Shown: positions 19,626-29,127 of the stretch, one piece after another
How the letters are laid out: each line of letters begins with the position of its first letter
Position numbering within the stretch: the stretch's first letter is position 1
Virus record (IMG/VR): IMGVR_UViG_3300016457_000036
Location: 7,253-71,252 of that record
Direction: 5' to 3' (one strand)
From: a virus
Taxonomy: Duplodnaviria > Heunggongvirae > Uroviricota > Caudoviricetes
Length of the DNA stretch: 64,000 bases
The notes under the pieces: model-generated
Databases searched by the model: none
Told to the model about the DNA's origin: nothing
What the model saw: only the letters and a program-made list of their open reading frames with translations
Made by a program: the position numbers and the translations under genes

Positions 19626-20342
19626 GTGACTTATAAAATAGGAGACATAGTAGCTGCAATACACGGAGAATATGTATATGTAATTAATGCTGTCAATACA
19701 AGTACTGCTACCCGTCTGTACAACAGTTCATCTACTGATGTTGAACACTGTATCAGTCTTCCCGCCTCAGAGCTTAGATTTGCCACTCCAACAGAGAAAG
19801 CCCTATATTTCACAGAAATAAAAAAAGCTGCTCTCGAATATACCGGACCGGGTTTAAGAGAACTCTTACAGAACACAGAAGTACTCGCAAAAGCGATTAT
19901 AGACTTCAAACCTAAAGGAAAGAATATGATACACCCGCACAAAGATGAAATCGTTAAATGGGCTAATGGCAACTACAACGTAGGCGTATGGTGGAAACCT
20001 AAAAACAGCAGTGCTAAATGGTCATTAAAACATTTCTCTATAGCATGGGCTAAAGAAGCTGACTACATTATCGATGATGAATGGGCGACTATTCGTAAAT
20101 TTGCAATAGATAATGGCTACATCTATTTCAAAGGTACTAAATTCATAGCTAACATAGCATGGGACGGAGATATAACTGACTATGCTACAGAACTTGATCC
20201 TATTGTACATAGATGTGATACTTGTGGTTTAATCTTACAAGAACTTGCGCATAACTCTAAACACACTAAAGGCTCTTACTGCTCTACTTTCTGTGCAGCT
20301 GTAGCCGATCATAAACGTATTCAGCAGTATATCGATGTCTGA
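19626..20342 (+). CDS. hypothetical protein (238 aa; GTG start) with C-terminal Cys/His cluster
   Basis: AAAAGGAACAAGTGTG; HRCDTCG...HNSKH...CSTFC. Confidence 0.45.
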   Translation: MTYKIGDIVAAIHGEYVYVINAVNTSTATRLYNSSSTDVEHCISLPASELRFATPTEKALYFTEIKKAALEYTGPGLRELLQNTEVLAKAIIDFKPKGKNMIHPHKDEIVKWANGNYNVGVWWKPKNSSAKWSLKHFSIAWAKEADYIIDDEWATIRKFAIDNGYIYFKGTKFIANIAWDGDITDYATELDPIVHRCDTCGLILQELAHNSKHTKGSYCSTFCAAVADHKRIQQYIDV

Positions 20343-20405
20343 TACATACGAAGATGCCTACGATAAACGCGGAGGCCGTCTACCTGAAGGAAATGAGAAG
20401 ATGAA

Positions 20406-20855
20406 ATGACTGAAATACAGCACCTAATGGGGCAGATCGAAGCTCTGAAAGAACAAGTAAAACTTTACCGCTTCGACTACGTTACCGGTTTAAAACAGCG
20501 TCACGACTTCGAGCATGATGCACGTACTAAATTTGAACAAGGCAGCTACTACCTCACTATGTATGACATAGATGGTCTTCACACAGTAAATCGTATTAAA
20601 GGCTATGATGTAGGTGATGCCCTAATCAAACGTATTGCTAACGACATTAAAATACTAGGTGGCCGCTCTTACCGTATTGGTGGTGATGAATTCATGACTA
20701 TCAACTGTGAGCGTCCTCTAACTGCAAAAGTACGTAATACTACCTACGCAACTATTTATACAGGTGATTATGATACATTCGACGAAGCACTTAAAATTCT
20801 CGACGAAGCTATCATCCGTAAAAAGATCGGCACTAACCGCAGAAAGGAAAGCTAA
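20406..20855 (+). CDS. stand-alone GGDEF-domain protein (diguanylate cyclase-like, 149 aa)
   Basis: DYVTGLKQRHDF...MYDIDGLHTVNRIKGYDVGDALIKRIA...RIGGDEFMTI matches GGDEF core motifs incl. intact GGDEF; short N-terminal coiled-coil stalk. Confidence 0.6.
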   Translation: MTEIQHLMGQIEALKEQVKLYRFDYVTGLKQRHDFEHDARTKFEQGSYYLTMYDIDGLHTVNRIKGYDVGDALIKRIANDIKILGGRSYRIGGDEFMTINCERPLTAKVRNTTYATIYTGDYDTFDEALKILDEAIIRKKIGTNRRKES

Positions 20856-21133
20856 TGCATACCAATGACATTATCGGACTTATACTTTTGGGTGGTCTTA
20901 TAATTGCAGGACTTATAGATTTTTATCTAGCACGTAAAAAATCAACTCGTGAAGAAACGATCCTAAAAACCTGTGGCTGTGTATGCTACTGTCCTCAATG
21001 TAAAGAACCTCTTAATGACCAGGCTGACTGTACTGACGAAGAATTTGTCACCTACACTTGCTCTGTTTGTGGCACAGTTTCTAAGTGGAACTTTGACATA
21101 GCACCTGTACCTATCTTAATGAAGGATTTATAA
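20855..21133 (+). CDS. membrane-anchored zinc-ribbon protein (92 aa)
   Basis: N-terminal TM helix; CGCVCYCPQC...CSVCG. Confidence 0.4.
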   Translation: MHTNDIIGLILLGGLIIAGLIDFYLARKKSTREETILKTCGCVCYCPQCKEPLNDQADCTDEEFVTYTCSVCGTVSKWNFDIAPVPILMKDL

Positions 21134-21411
21134 TGAACACTCAACATTCAGGAATAGGCAAACAACCTAAAGCAACGCCTGCTGCAGAGCCCTTAAATAA
21201 TATAGGTAAACCGATCAGTGCTGAAAGCAGAGAACGTGCAAGTAAGATGCTGAAATCTATCGGAATGAAAAACTCCGGTGATCGCTATAACTGTATCAGA
21301 GACGTAGCTCTTTATCTTGAAAAAGATGAGCCTCACACAGCAATGAAAAAAGCAATGGGCTATGTGGACCTTACCGGTGCATACCGTCTATTTGCAGAAC
21401 TTTTAATTTAA
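21133..21411 (+). CDS. hypothetical protein (92 aa)
   Basis: ATGA overlap. Confidence 0.4.
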   Translation: MNTQHSGIGKQPKATPAAEPLNNIGKPISAESRERASKMLKSIGMKNSGDRYNCIRDVALYLEKDEPHTAMKKAMGYVDLTGAYRLFAELLI

Positions 21412-21421
21412 GGAAATCCCT

Positions 21422-21610
21422 ATGAGTATGACATTAGAAAAAGACACAATCGCTATCTTAGACGCTATTAAAGCAACAGGCGCACAAATCACAGTAAGCT
21501 TCGACATTGATGCTATGAAAATCATATCCGCTATTGACAAAGATCTTAGAGACTTCTCTACCGAAGAAGATTTTCGTGATTACTTATCAGCTATTCTTGA
21601 AGTAGCTTAA
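21422..21610 (+). CDS. hypothetical protein (62 aa)
   Basis: AAGGAAATCCCTATG. Confidence 0.35.
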   Translation: MSMTLEKDTIAILDAIKATGAQITVSFDIDAMKIISAIDKDLRDFSTEEDFRDYLSAILEVA

Positions 21611-21611
21611 T

Positions 21612-21806
21612 ATGGCACTCACAGAACATCAACTCTTCTTTAAAGGAGAGGCTAAAAACTGTAAAAACTGTTTCTATTTTCAACGAGGCTTCTTAGGCAA
21701 TCAATGTAACTTATGGCCAAATTGGAGCATTAACTCAGCTCTTAGAGACTGTGGCTATAGAGAGTGGAAGCCTAATCATAAGCTTCACCATAAAAAGGAA
21801 AAGTAA
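21612..21806 (+). CDS. Cys-rich small protein (64 aa)
   Basis: CKNCFYF...C..C. Confidence 0.35.
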   Translation: MALTEHQLFFKGEAKNCKNCFYFQRGFLGNQCNLWPNWSINSALRDCGYREWKPNHKLHHKKEK

Positions 21807-22219
21807 TGATCCCTTATGTAGAAAACGATGACACATGCTCTATTGCTATGCTTATTGAACCTCTCGATATGATGGCGTATTATCTACGTACAGGTTTAGT
21901 TGACCACCCTAAAGATAACACAGAAGAGAACTATACTATGAACTGTGTAGATCTCTGTAATATCAGTACCTTCACTATCGCTAAAGAACTTTCTCGTTTC
22001 GCAGATGATGAAGAACTGACGGTACATGAAGGTGTCTTCAATATGCAAGGTAATCATACCTGGCTACAAATCGGTGACACTATTATTGACGCTACTTTAG
22101 CTCAATTTATAGCACATGCAAAGCCTTTGTCTATGGTCGATGCTTCATGGGATGCCTACTCTTCAGTACGAAGCTACACATTTAGTGAGTGGCAAAAACA
22201 CAGCCCATTAGTGGCATAA
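21806..22219 (+). CDS. hypothetical protein (137 aa)
   Basis: ATGA overlap. Confidence 0.45.
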   Translation: MIPYVENDDTCSIAMLIEPLDMMAYYLRTGLVDHPKDNTEENYTMNCVDLCNISTFTIAKELSRFADDEELTVHEGVFNMQGNHTWLQIGDTIIDATLAQFIAHAKPLSMVDASWDAYSSVRSYTFSEWQKHSPLVA

Positions 22220-22236
22220 AAATTAAAAGGAAAATT

Positions 22237-22731
22237 ATGGGATTAGATCAATACCTATACGAACGTACTTACATCGGCGAAGAATTTACTCACAGAAAAG
22301 TAGAGTTAACTATCGACTTTAAAATAGACGGCGAAGCACAAAAAGTACCTCGTCCTATCACATACATGACTTCAGAAGTAATGTATTGGCGTAAAGCTAA
22401 TCAGATCCAAGAGTGGTTCCAACAGTTCACAGAAGGTATGAGCAGCACTAACAGTGTAGACATCTCAGTAACTCCTACAGATCTTATTAATTTACTTAAT
22501 ATCTGTAACAAAGTACTTGAACGTAAGCCTATAGAGGGACGTGATCCAGGTTTCTCACAAGCAGCTACACCTGCCTCTGAACTTCTACCTACTTCACAGG
22601 GCTTCTTCTTCGGTAGTGATGAATATGATGATTACTATTACAATCAGATACAAGCAACTAAAGAGATGTTAGAAAATCTTAAACTTAACACAGATGATTA
22701 TCGTGATTTCATCTACAATGCAAATTGGTAA
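22237..22731 (+). CDS. hypothetical protein (164 aa)
   Basis: AAAGGAAAATTATG. Confidence 0.45.
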   Translation: MGLDQYLYERTYIGEEFTHRKVELTIDFKIDGEAQKVPRPITYMTSEVMYWRKANQIQEWFQQFTEGMSSTNSVDISVTPTDLINLLNICNKVLERKPIEGRDPGFSQAATPASELLPTSQGFFFGSDEYDDYYYNQIQATKEMLENLKLNTDDYRDFIYNANW

Positions 22732-22742
22732 AGGGACATTAC

Positions 22743-23129
22743 ATGGGACGTTATTATCAAGGTGATATAGAAGGCAAGTTTTGGTTCGGAGTACAAAGTA
22801 GCGATGCTGCTGACCGCTTTAATCCTACCAATAATGAGTATGCTGCAGAAGACGGAGAGATCTGTTATGAGTTTTCAAGAGAAAATGATCTTGCTGATAT
22901 AATCGAAGAACTTACAAATATCGAAGAAACTATTGGCGGTGTCGCCATGAAAAAACTTGATGATTTCTTCGACGAAACAAACGGCTATAACGATACAATC
23001 ATGAAAAAACATGGTGTACTAGATATGTGGAACGAGCATAAAACTAATTATGCTGACTATTATTTAGGCATTAAAATTCGTGACTACCTAAAAGAACATT
23101 CTTACTGTGCCTTCACAGCTGAGTGCTAA
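22743..23129 (+). CDS. hypothetical protein (128 aa)
   Basis: AAGGGACATTACATG. Confidence 0.45.
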   Translation: MGRYYQGDIEGKFWFGVQSSDAADRFNPTNNEYAAEDGEICYEFSRENDLADIIEELTNIEETIGGVAMKKLDDFFDETNGYNDTIMKKHGVLDMWNEHKTNYADYYLGIKIRDYLKEHSYCAFTAEC

Positions 23130-23130
23130 T

Positions 23131-23481
23131 ATGGTAACTCTTATTTGTGGTGGCCGTGACTTCACTTCTTACGATGCACTTGAAGAAGCTATGAAAATGC
23201 TACCTACTAAACCTACTATCCTCATTCAAGGTGGTGCTAAAGGCGCTGACTATCTTGGTAAACTATGGGCTATCTTAAATGATGTACAATACGCCGAAGT
23301 TCCTGCTATGTGGGAAAACTTCGGTAAATCTGCAGGCTTTAAACGTAATGCTGCAATGCTTTTACTAAGACCTGAATACTGCATCGCCTTACCTGGTGGT
23401 GTCGGTACTCGTATGATGATCGATCTCTGCAATAAAGCAAATGTTCCTGTATGGGAACCATATCCAAAGGAAACCACATGA
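23131..23481 (+). CDS. SLOG / DUF2493-like (YspA-type) nucleotide-binding protein (116 aa)
   Basis: LICGGRDF...ILIQGGAKGADYLGKLWA matches DUF2493 GG..D / GGA.GAD motifs. Confidence 0.5.
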   Translation: MVTLICGGRDFTSYDALEEAMKMLPTKPTILIQGGAKGADYLGKLWAILNDVQYAEVPAMWENFGKSAGFKRNAAMLLLRPEYCIALPGGVGTRMMIDLCNKANVPVWEPYPKETT

Positions 23482-23765
23482 AAGTCGAATCAAAATTTAA
23501 CATAGGTGATAAAGTATACAGCGTAAGCTCTAATATCTATGTTCATATCATAAAGCGAATAACTACTACATCCTGGCAAGCTAGTAATAAAGATGGACTT
23601 AGTACAGATTATTCTTATGACGTTAGTAAAGTACCTAATGTAGACAATTCTGAAACAAGTTCTTATACAGGTATAGGCCAACATCGTCTTTACTCTACTA
23701 AACAAGCAGCAGGTGAAGCATGGATGAAAAGTAACGGTCTTGATTGTGGAATGAGTGAGACATGA
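23478..23765 (+). CDS. hypothetical protein (95 aa)
   Basis: AAAGGAAACCACATG. Confidence 0.4.
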   Translation: MKVESKFNIGDKVYSVSSNIYVHIIKRITTTSWQASNKDGLSTDYSYDVSKVPNVDNSETSSYTGIGQHRLYSTKQAAGEAWMKSNGLDCGMSET

Positions 23766-23926
23766 TCTGTAAAAACTGTCAATATTACTCATACAACGAA
23801 AATGATGAGCTTGGACATTGTGAACAAGGTGTTAATGACGGCACCGACGATACTAACTATCAAATAGCTAATGGCGATGTAGTTGAAGAAGATTTTGGCT
23901 GTAATAAATTTGAGGACAAAAAATGA
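23762..23926 (+). CDS. small CxxC protein (54 aa)
   Basis: MICKNCQ...GHCEQ...FGCNKF; ATGA overlaps both neighbours. Confidence 0.3.
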   Translation: MICKNCQYYSYNENDELGHCEQGVNDGTDDTNYQIANGDVVEEDFGCNKFEDKK

Positions 23927-24156
23927 AATTCTCAGACTTAACACATCACTTCCCACTTGCCGGTGCAATCATGGAGGTGAAAGCCTCTACTAAAAAGAAA
24001 CAGGGCTATATCAAAGTAGCTGTTCCTGATGAACTTCTTAATCATCTAATGAACGCTGCTATGGATATAGAAGTACCTATTGACGGACTCATTATTGCTT
24101 ATCGCGATAAGAATGTTACGTCACCAAAAACTGATGATGCAGAGGAGCACTCATGA
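23923..24156 (+). CDS. hypothetical protein (77 aa)
   Basis: overlap coupling. Confidence 0.4.
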   Translation: MKFSDLTHHFPLAGAIMEVKASTKKKQGYIKVAVPDELLNHLMNAAMDIEVPIDGLIIAYRDKNVTSPKTDDAEEHS

Positions 24157-24626
24157 AACAACTAACTGAAGAACAACTTGAACTTATCGAACACTTATTT
24201 AGTGGCGGTGAGGTAACTGCACAGGATCCAAGTATCAAATCCCTGCCTAAAATCTGTACGCTTAGTGAATTAACACTAGCCTGTATCGATATTGGACAGG
24301 GTGAAAAACTTGTTGATATAAACCCTGCTAACTTCCTTACTATTGGACGTATCTATAAAGACGCTAAAACTTTACGTATTGAGGAACTTGAACGACAATT
24401 AGCTATACAGTCTGAAGAGTTACAAAAACTTTGTACACCTCCTCCTCGTAAACATCGTGCACATGTTACAAAAGAAGAAGCTATAGACATCGAAGAAGCA
24501 CTTGCTAAAGACGTACCACATGAACAGATCATGGCTACTTACGATCTAACAGAAAATCATCTCTATCAGTTTCGTAGACATCTTCACAAATTCTCTACGC
24601 CTCTTATAGCTAAAAAAGAAAAATAA
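24153..24626 (+). CDS. hypothetical protein (157 aa)
   Basis: ATGA overlap. Confidence 0.45.
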   Translation: MKQLTEEQLELIEHLFSGGEVTAQDPSIKSLPKICTLSELTLACIDIGQGEKLVDINPANFLTIGRIYKDAKTLRIEELERQLAIQSEELQKLCTPPPRKHRAHVTKEEAIDIEEALAKDVPHEQIMATYDLTENHLYQFRRHLHKFSTPLIAKKEK

Positions 24627-25468
24627 TGCTGTACGATAACGCATACACGGATTACTTCCAAAAACTCTATGACACAGGTGTAGCCTTAAAGTTTAGTAAT
24701 TCTGCACTTACAGATAACTGTCGATGGGGAAGAGTTAACGATACATTCTTTCAACCTAAACAAGAACGTTGCAGACACTCCGCAGACTATCCTTCTCGGT
24801 ATACTTTAAATTCTCATCCTGCAGATTGCCCACAACATGAAAATACTGCAGAGTATCGTGACTATTGGAAAACTGCTTACCTGACTAGACTTGTAGGTTA
24901 CTATGATATGGAAGGTATAGCATGTCTAGTAACAACTACTGAAATTTTTAATACAGTGCTTGGTCCTACTGTTTTCTTTTTATGGAGTGAAGAACTTCCT
25001 ACTCCAGTAATTTCTGATTCTATATCGGTACAAAGCTCTGCTTCAGATGCTTTTGTTAGTGATGGTACTACTCTATTTGATACAGTAGCTACACAAGAGT
25101 ATGTAGATACCGCTATCGCTAATCATGTTTGTACACATTCTACTTGCTGCTCTCCGGAGCCTACCCCACCCCAAAATCTTAAGGAAACCCCTATGTCTAC
25201 TGAAAAAATCACAATCGAAATCGATGCTAAATGTATCAAAACACCTAAAGCTGTAAAAGAACTTACTGCATTTGAAAAGAAACACACACTACTTGTTAAG
25301 TATTACTCTCAATCAGGTAGCCTTTACTCTTCTAAAGAGTTCTCAGGTAAACGTGCCTTGAAAAAAGCTAAAGATCTATTGCGCGATCCTGCATTTGCCG
25401 GTTGTACTATGGTCCCTTACACTATCGGTAAAATGGTACGTGTCAAGATCGATCTCGAAGAGGTTTAG
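24626..25468 (+). CDS. hypothetical protein (280 aa)
   Basis: long ORF; followed by hairpin. Confidence 0.5.
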   Translation: MLYDNAYTDYFQKLYDTGVALKFSNSALTDNCRWGRVNDTFFQPKQERCRHSADYPSRYTLNSHPADCPQHENTAEYRDYWKTAYLTRLVGYYDMEGIACLVTTTEIFNTVLGPTVFFLWSEELPTPVISDSISVQSSASDAFVSDGTTLFDTVATQEYVDTAIANHVCTHSTCCSPEPTPPQNLKETPMSTEKITIEIDAKCIKTPKAVKELTAFEKKHTLLVKYYSQSGSLYSSKEFSGKRALKKAKDLLRDPAFAGCTMVPYTIGKMVRVKIDLEEV

Positions 25469-25478
25469 ATCTCTTATT

Positions 25479-25501
25479 GAGCCGTAACTTTTTTACGGCT
25501 C
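25479..25501 (+). terminator. stem-loop (GAGCCGTA-ACTTTTT-TACGGCTC), possible terminator
   Basis: 8-bp perfect stem right after stop; no downstream T-run. Confidence 0.35.
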
Positions 25502-25528
25502 TGTTAATAGATTTATAAAAGGACTTAC

Positions 25529-25741
25529 ATGGACAGCTTATTTTACATTCTCGTTACTTGGATAAGAAAAGAGGATATGGTACTACAAGAGACAGTATTC
25601 ACTATGAGTCGAGATACAAAATTCGGGCAAGAATACATGTATTGGGGCGAAAGCTATATTGCTAACTCATATGCAGAACGCTTCGACTTCGATGATGAAG
25701 TAGTAATCCTTGGTGCTAGAGAAATTGAAGGTATCCGTTAA
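25529..25741 (+). CDS. hypothetical protein (70 aa)
   Basis: AAAAGGACTTACATG. Confidence 0.4.
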   Translation: MDSLFYILVTWIRKEDMVLQETVFTMSRDTKFGQEYMYWGESYIANSYAERFDFDDEVVILGAREIEGIR

Positions 25742-25744
25742 GTT

Positions 25745-26083
25745 ATGACTAACTATGAAATGAAAGAAGAGTTAGGCGCATCTGAAGCTCTTATCGTAGT
25801 AATCTCTCGCATCCTTTATAAAAAAGAAATTGATTACAGCATGAAACATGTGACAATGGATCTCTTTACACCCGATTCACTTGGACGTGAGGTACGAAAA
25901 AAGGAAGTAGCAACATATGACTTAGATGAAGTCTTAGAGTTCCTACAGGACCGCTTAGAACGTCTTGAACTCACATGTAACATTAAAGAGCAAAAGGCAG
26001 TTGAGCATACTAAACGTATGATCACAGAATTAGAAGGCATCATAAAAGATTGTGAAGCCTTTAACATAGACACAGGAATATAA
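25745..26083 (+). CDS. hypothetical protein (112 aa)
   Basis: ORF track. Confidence 0.4.
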   Translation: MTNYEMKEELGASEALIVVISRILYKKEIDYSMKHVTMDLFTPDSLGREVRKKEVATYDLDEVLEFLQDRLERLELTCNIKEQKAVEHTKRMITELEGIIKDCEAFNIDTGI

Positions 26084-26084
26084 A

Positions 26085-26429
26085 ATGGTAAAATCACCTA
26101 TCACTAAATCACTTGGAAAGATCGAAAAAGTATTCTTCGGAGTACAAGATGGCCGTATTGGAATATGGTTTACTCTTACTACAGACGGATGGGGCGTAAT
26201 GCACCACACAGCTTCTTGGGATCCGGAAACAATAGAAGTTACAGAACATACTCAATGGACTGAAAAAGACCGTAGTGACGAACTTGATAAAATTATGCGT
26301 TACATTAGTAAACTCCTGTCTCAAGCTAAAGTAGAAAGTATTAATAGTCTTAAAAATGTACCGGTAGAAGTCTCTATCGATGCTACGAGATCTATTACGG
26401 GGTTTAGAATTCTTACAGAAGTACTCTAA
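26085..26429 (+). CDS. hypothetical protein (114 aa)
   Basis: ORF track. Confidence 0.4.
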   Translation: MVKSPITKSLGKIEKVFFGVQDGRIGIWFTLTTDGWGVMHHTASWDPETIEVTEHTQWTEKDRSDELDKIMRYISKLLSQAKVESINSLKNVPVEVSIDATRSITGFRILTEVL

Positions 26430-26641
26430 TGGATAACGATATTATCGAGATCACAGAACTTACTGACTTCTTTACAGTTATTAAAAAAGAAGTGGATAAA
26501 GCTCCTTTTTCTCCTGCTAAAAAAATCAGAGTAACTAACTATCTACGCAAACTTATTACACAAGGCTTTGAACTTGGTAAGAACGGAAAAACAACTATCG
26601 AACTAAGTGAGTTCGGTGAAGATGAATTGGAGAACCTATGA
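26429..26641 (+). CDS. hypothetical protein (70 aa)
   Basis: ATGG overlap. Confidence 0.35.
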   Translation: MDNDIIEITELTDFFTVIKKEVDKAPFSPAKKIRVTNYLRKLITQGFELGKNGKTTIELSEFGEDELENL

Positions 26642-27165
26642 CTAAACGAGATCCTATGCCTGGAGAATTACATGAATTTTATTCTAAAGTACTTGTAATC
26701 TCCGTATTTCTTGCACATGCAGGAGTAAAAGACTCTACAAGAAAAATGTCAAAACTTCGCAGACATATTCGCATTGCTTTAACTAAAGATACACTAAAAT
26801 GGCGTGAGCAAATGGTCGCGCTATCTAAGCATGTAGATCATTCATATTCAGAAGCTACTAAGGCTATTCCTAAAGAAGCACATTTAAAAGTACAGCTATC
26901 TATGGCTATGAATATCCTCTATGGCACACTTGATAACAATGAGTACCAGCATAAATGGTTCACTAATCGTGTATTCATCGACGCAGTACAATCACTCGGC
27001 TATGGCACAGGTGAAGATACAGACTGCAATGACGAAGAAGATACATATTTTCTTGTAGATAAATTCTTAGAAATCGTAGGCTACCCACGTGAGTCAGCCT
27101 TTGCTAAAAAGATACGCCTTGCTAAAAAGATCAAAGAGCAGAATGACATACTAGAAGGAAGATAA
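26638..27165 (+). CDS. hypothetical protein (175 aa)
   Basis: ATGA overlap. Confidence 0.45.
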   Translation: MTKRDPMPGELHEFYSKVLVISVFLAHAGVKDSTRKMSKLRRHIRIALTKDTLKWREQMVALSKHVDHSYSEATKAIPKEAHLKVQLSMAMNILYGTLDNNEYQHKWFTNRVFIDAVQSLGYGTGEDTDCNDEEDTYFLVDKFLEIVGYPRESAFAKKIRLAKKIKEQNDILEGR

Positions 27166-27166
27166 C

Positions 27167-27409
27167 ATGAGTGTTAACACAGGTATTTACCGTAGAGTAG
27201 AACGTAATAATAAAGTGGAAACAGTACTTCTTGAAGATCATACTGCTGAAGAACTTAGTGACTTATTGCACTATCTTATTGAACATGAAGATGCGACAGG
27301 TGAAGATTTAGTAAAATGGATTATGCCTATTATTGAAGCACTTAAAAACTCAGAAGCTTATCGACTAGAACTACAACAAAGTATCGAAAACTTCAGAGAG
27401 CAATTTTAA
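27167..27409 (+). CDS. hypothetical protein (80 aa)
   Basis: GGAAGATAACATG. Confidence 0.4.
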   Translation: MSVNTGIYRRVERNNKVETVLLEDHTAEELSDLLHYLIEHEDATGEDLVKWIMPIIEALKNSEAYRLELQQSIENFREQF

Positions 27410-27416
27410 AGGAAAT

Positions 27417-27641
27417 ATGATGAAACTAAACTATGCTATCGGCACAGACGATATAGGCAAATATATTGAAGTAGCTAATTTACCTATTATAGGTAGTCCC
27501 GATACTATGGTAGCTCAACTAGCTCGTTATTATTACGACACTATTGATATAGCAGTTATGGTAGAAATGCCTACTGAAATGTTAGAAGCTATCATCGAAC
27601 GCTCTACAACTGAACTTAAACGACGAAAGGCTGAAGGATGA
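27417..27641 (+). CDS. hypothetical protein (74 aa)
   Basis: AAAGGAAATATGATG. Confidence 0.4.
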   Translation: MMKLNYAIGTDDIGKYIEVANLPIIGSPDTMVAQLARYYYDTIDIAVMVEMPTEMLEAIIERSTTELKRRKAEG

Positions 27642-27844
27642 AAAAGGGCCAAATAGTAGTATTAAAAGATACTACTTGGGGAGGTATAACACTTTTACGT
27701 TATCACTCATCTTACAATGAAACTCATTTTAATGCTTATCTTCACTTTGATATGTCAAGTGAACATTCTGTTATTGAGGACCTCTCAGAAATTATGTCTA
27801 CAGAGTTTTTAACAGAATTACTTAAAAAGGAAACACATGAGTAA
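27638..27844 (+). CDS. hypothetical protein (68 aa)
   Basis: ATGA overlap. Confidence 0.35.
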   Translation: MKKGQIVVLKDTTWGGITLLRYHSSYNETHFNAYLHFDMSSEHSVIEDLSEIMSTEFLTELLKKETHE

Positions 27845-28163
27845 TTGGGAACCTACACCTGGTGAGATGATTAATACACCTATGGGCATACGAGAGTTTT
27901 TAGCTTTAAGCTCAGAAGAAACGTATATTTGTTGGACACCTAGAAAAACAAATACAGGAGTATATCCCTCACACCTATGTTCAGAAATCAAACCTGAACC
28001 TATTATCGAACGTAGATGGATATGGCTACGAGATGTGGCAGAAGGTCACACAGTATCAACAGCAAGTTATTTTAGTGCTGCATACGCAAATATTAACTAC
28101 GCAAAACTTGACGGATGGTACAGATCTGAGCATTACATCGATGTGGACGTATCTCATGACTAA
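27837..28163 (+). CDS. hypothetical protein (108 aa)
   Basis: AAAAGGAAACACATG. Confidence 0.45.
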   Translation: MSNWEPTPGEMINTPMGIREFLALSSEETYICWTPRKTNTGVYPSHLCSEIKPEPIIERRWIWLRDVAEGHTVSTASYFSAAYANINYAKLDGWYRSEHYIDVDVSHD

Positions 28164-28356
28164 ATTAGAAGTAGTACAAGTTATGGAAGCTGCTGATGAC
28201 TTTGTTCTGTGTAACTCTGAAGATGCTCTTATCGGTCGAATGGTACGATTAGGTGTAGCCCTTAAAACAGCTGATGATAATAATGCACCTGCTATCGGGT
28301 TAGAATTAGCCTGTCTAGTTGCTTTTGCGCAAGACTATTATATGAAGGACGAATAA
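28156..28356 (+). CDS. hypothetical protein (66 aa)
   Basis: internal ATG of track ORF 28033..28356 overlapping stop of upstream gene. Confidence 0.35.
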   Translation: MTKLEVVQVMEAADDFVLCNSEDALIGRMVRLGVALKTADDNNAPAIGLELACLVAFAQDYYMKDE

Positions 28357-28886
28357 TGAATTACCCTGTAAGAAAAATACACCGCAAAGAAAGATTTGTT
28401 GTAGAGTTTACAGCCCAAGAACAAGGGACGGTTATTGCAACTACTGACTTAATGGAAGCTACACGTCCTGTAGGCTATGTCTCTCATTCATGGCGTACTT
28501 GTCTCGACACTAGTTTATGGGAAGATGTTATTCTTGCTTGTAAAACTTGTGGTAAAGAAGCTCTCTTATACGCTAATGGATACTGCTCTCAAGCTTGTCA
28601 AGATAAAGCACTTAGCAGTAAAAAAACTAATGGCAGTAACGACGGATCTAAGAACTCATTCTACGCAATTCCTGAATGGGTAGAAGACGTAGATGATTTA
28701 GCTGAGTATCTTAAGCTAGATGGCTTTGAATTTAACGTACTGAAGAGCTTATGGGCTCATATCGGTGATCGTCACTCCGGCACTAACGTCAAACGTGAAG
28801 CTAACAAGCGAGTACATTATGCAAATCGCTCAGTAGCTAAAATTATACGCGCAGAAGAAGAGGCAAGAAATGAAAGCAGAACTTAA
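28356..28886 (+). CDS. zinc-ribbon protein (176 aa)
   Basis: CKTCGKEALLYANGYCSQAC. Confidence 0.45.
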   Translation: MNYPVRKIHRKERFVVEFTAQEQGTVIATTDLMEATRPVGYVSHSWRTCLDTSLWEDVILACKTCGKEALLYANGYCSQACQDKALSSKKTNGSNDGSKNSFYAIPEWVEDVDDLAEYLKLDGFEFNVLKSLWAHIGDRHSGTNVKREANKRVHYANRSVAKIIRAEEEARNESRT

Positions 28887-29127
28887 ATTCTCAGTACCCT
28901 GTACTGCAACAGATTACTATTATGTAGACTCTAAAACACTTACTAATGCAGAAGTGAAAGCGGCTATCGCTGCATGTGACAATGATCCCTGGCAAGCTGA
29001 AGATGAATACGACATTGTAGTATCTCTCGGTAGTTCATGTGATCCTGACACAGATGTAGAAGCACTTGAATGGGAGGAAGAATATGAAGAACGAAAAAAC
29101 TCAGAACGTGCCGCTAAATCTATGTGA
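28870..29127 (+). CDS. hypothetical acidic protein (85 aa)
   Basis: ORF track. Confidence 0.4.
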   Translation: MKAELKFSVPCTATDYYYVDSKTLTNAEVKAAIAACDNDPWQAEDEYDIVVSLGSSCDPDTDVEALEWEEEYEERKNSERAAKSM

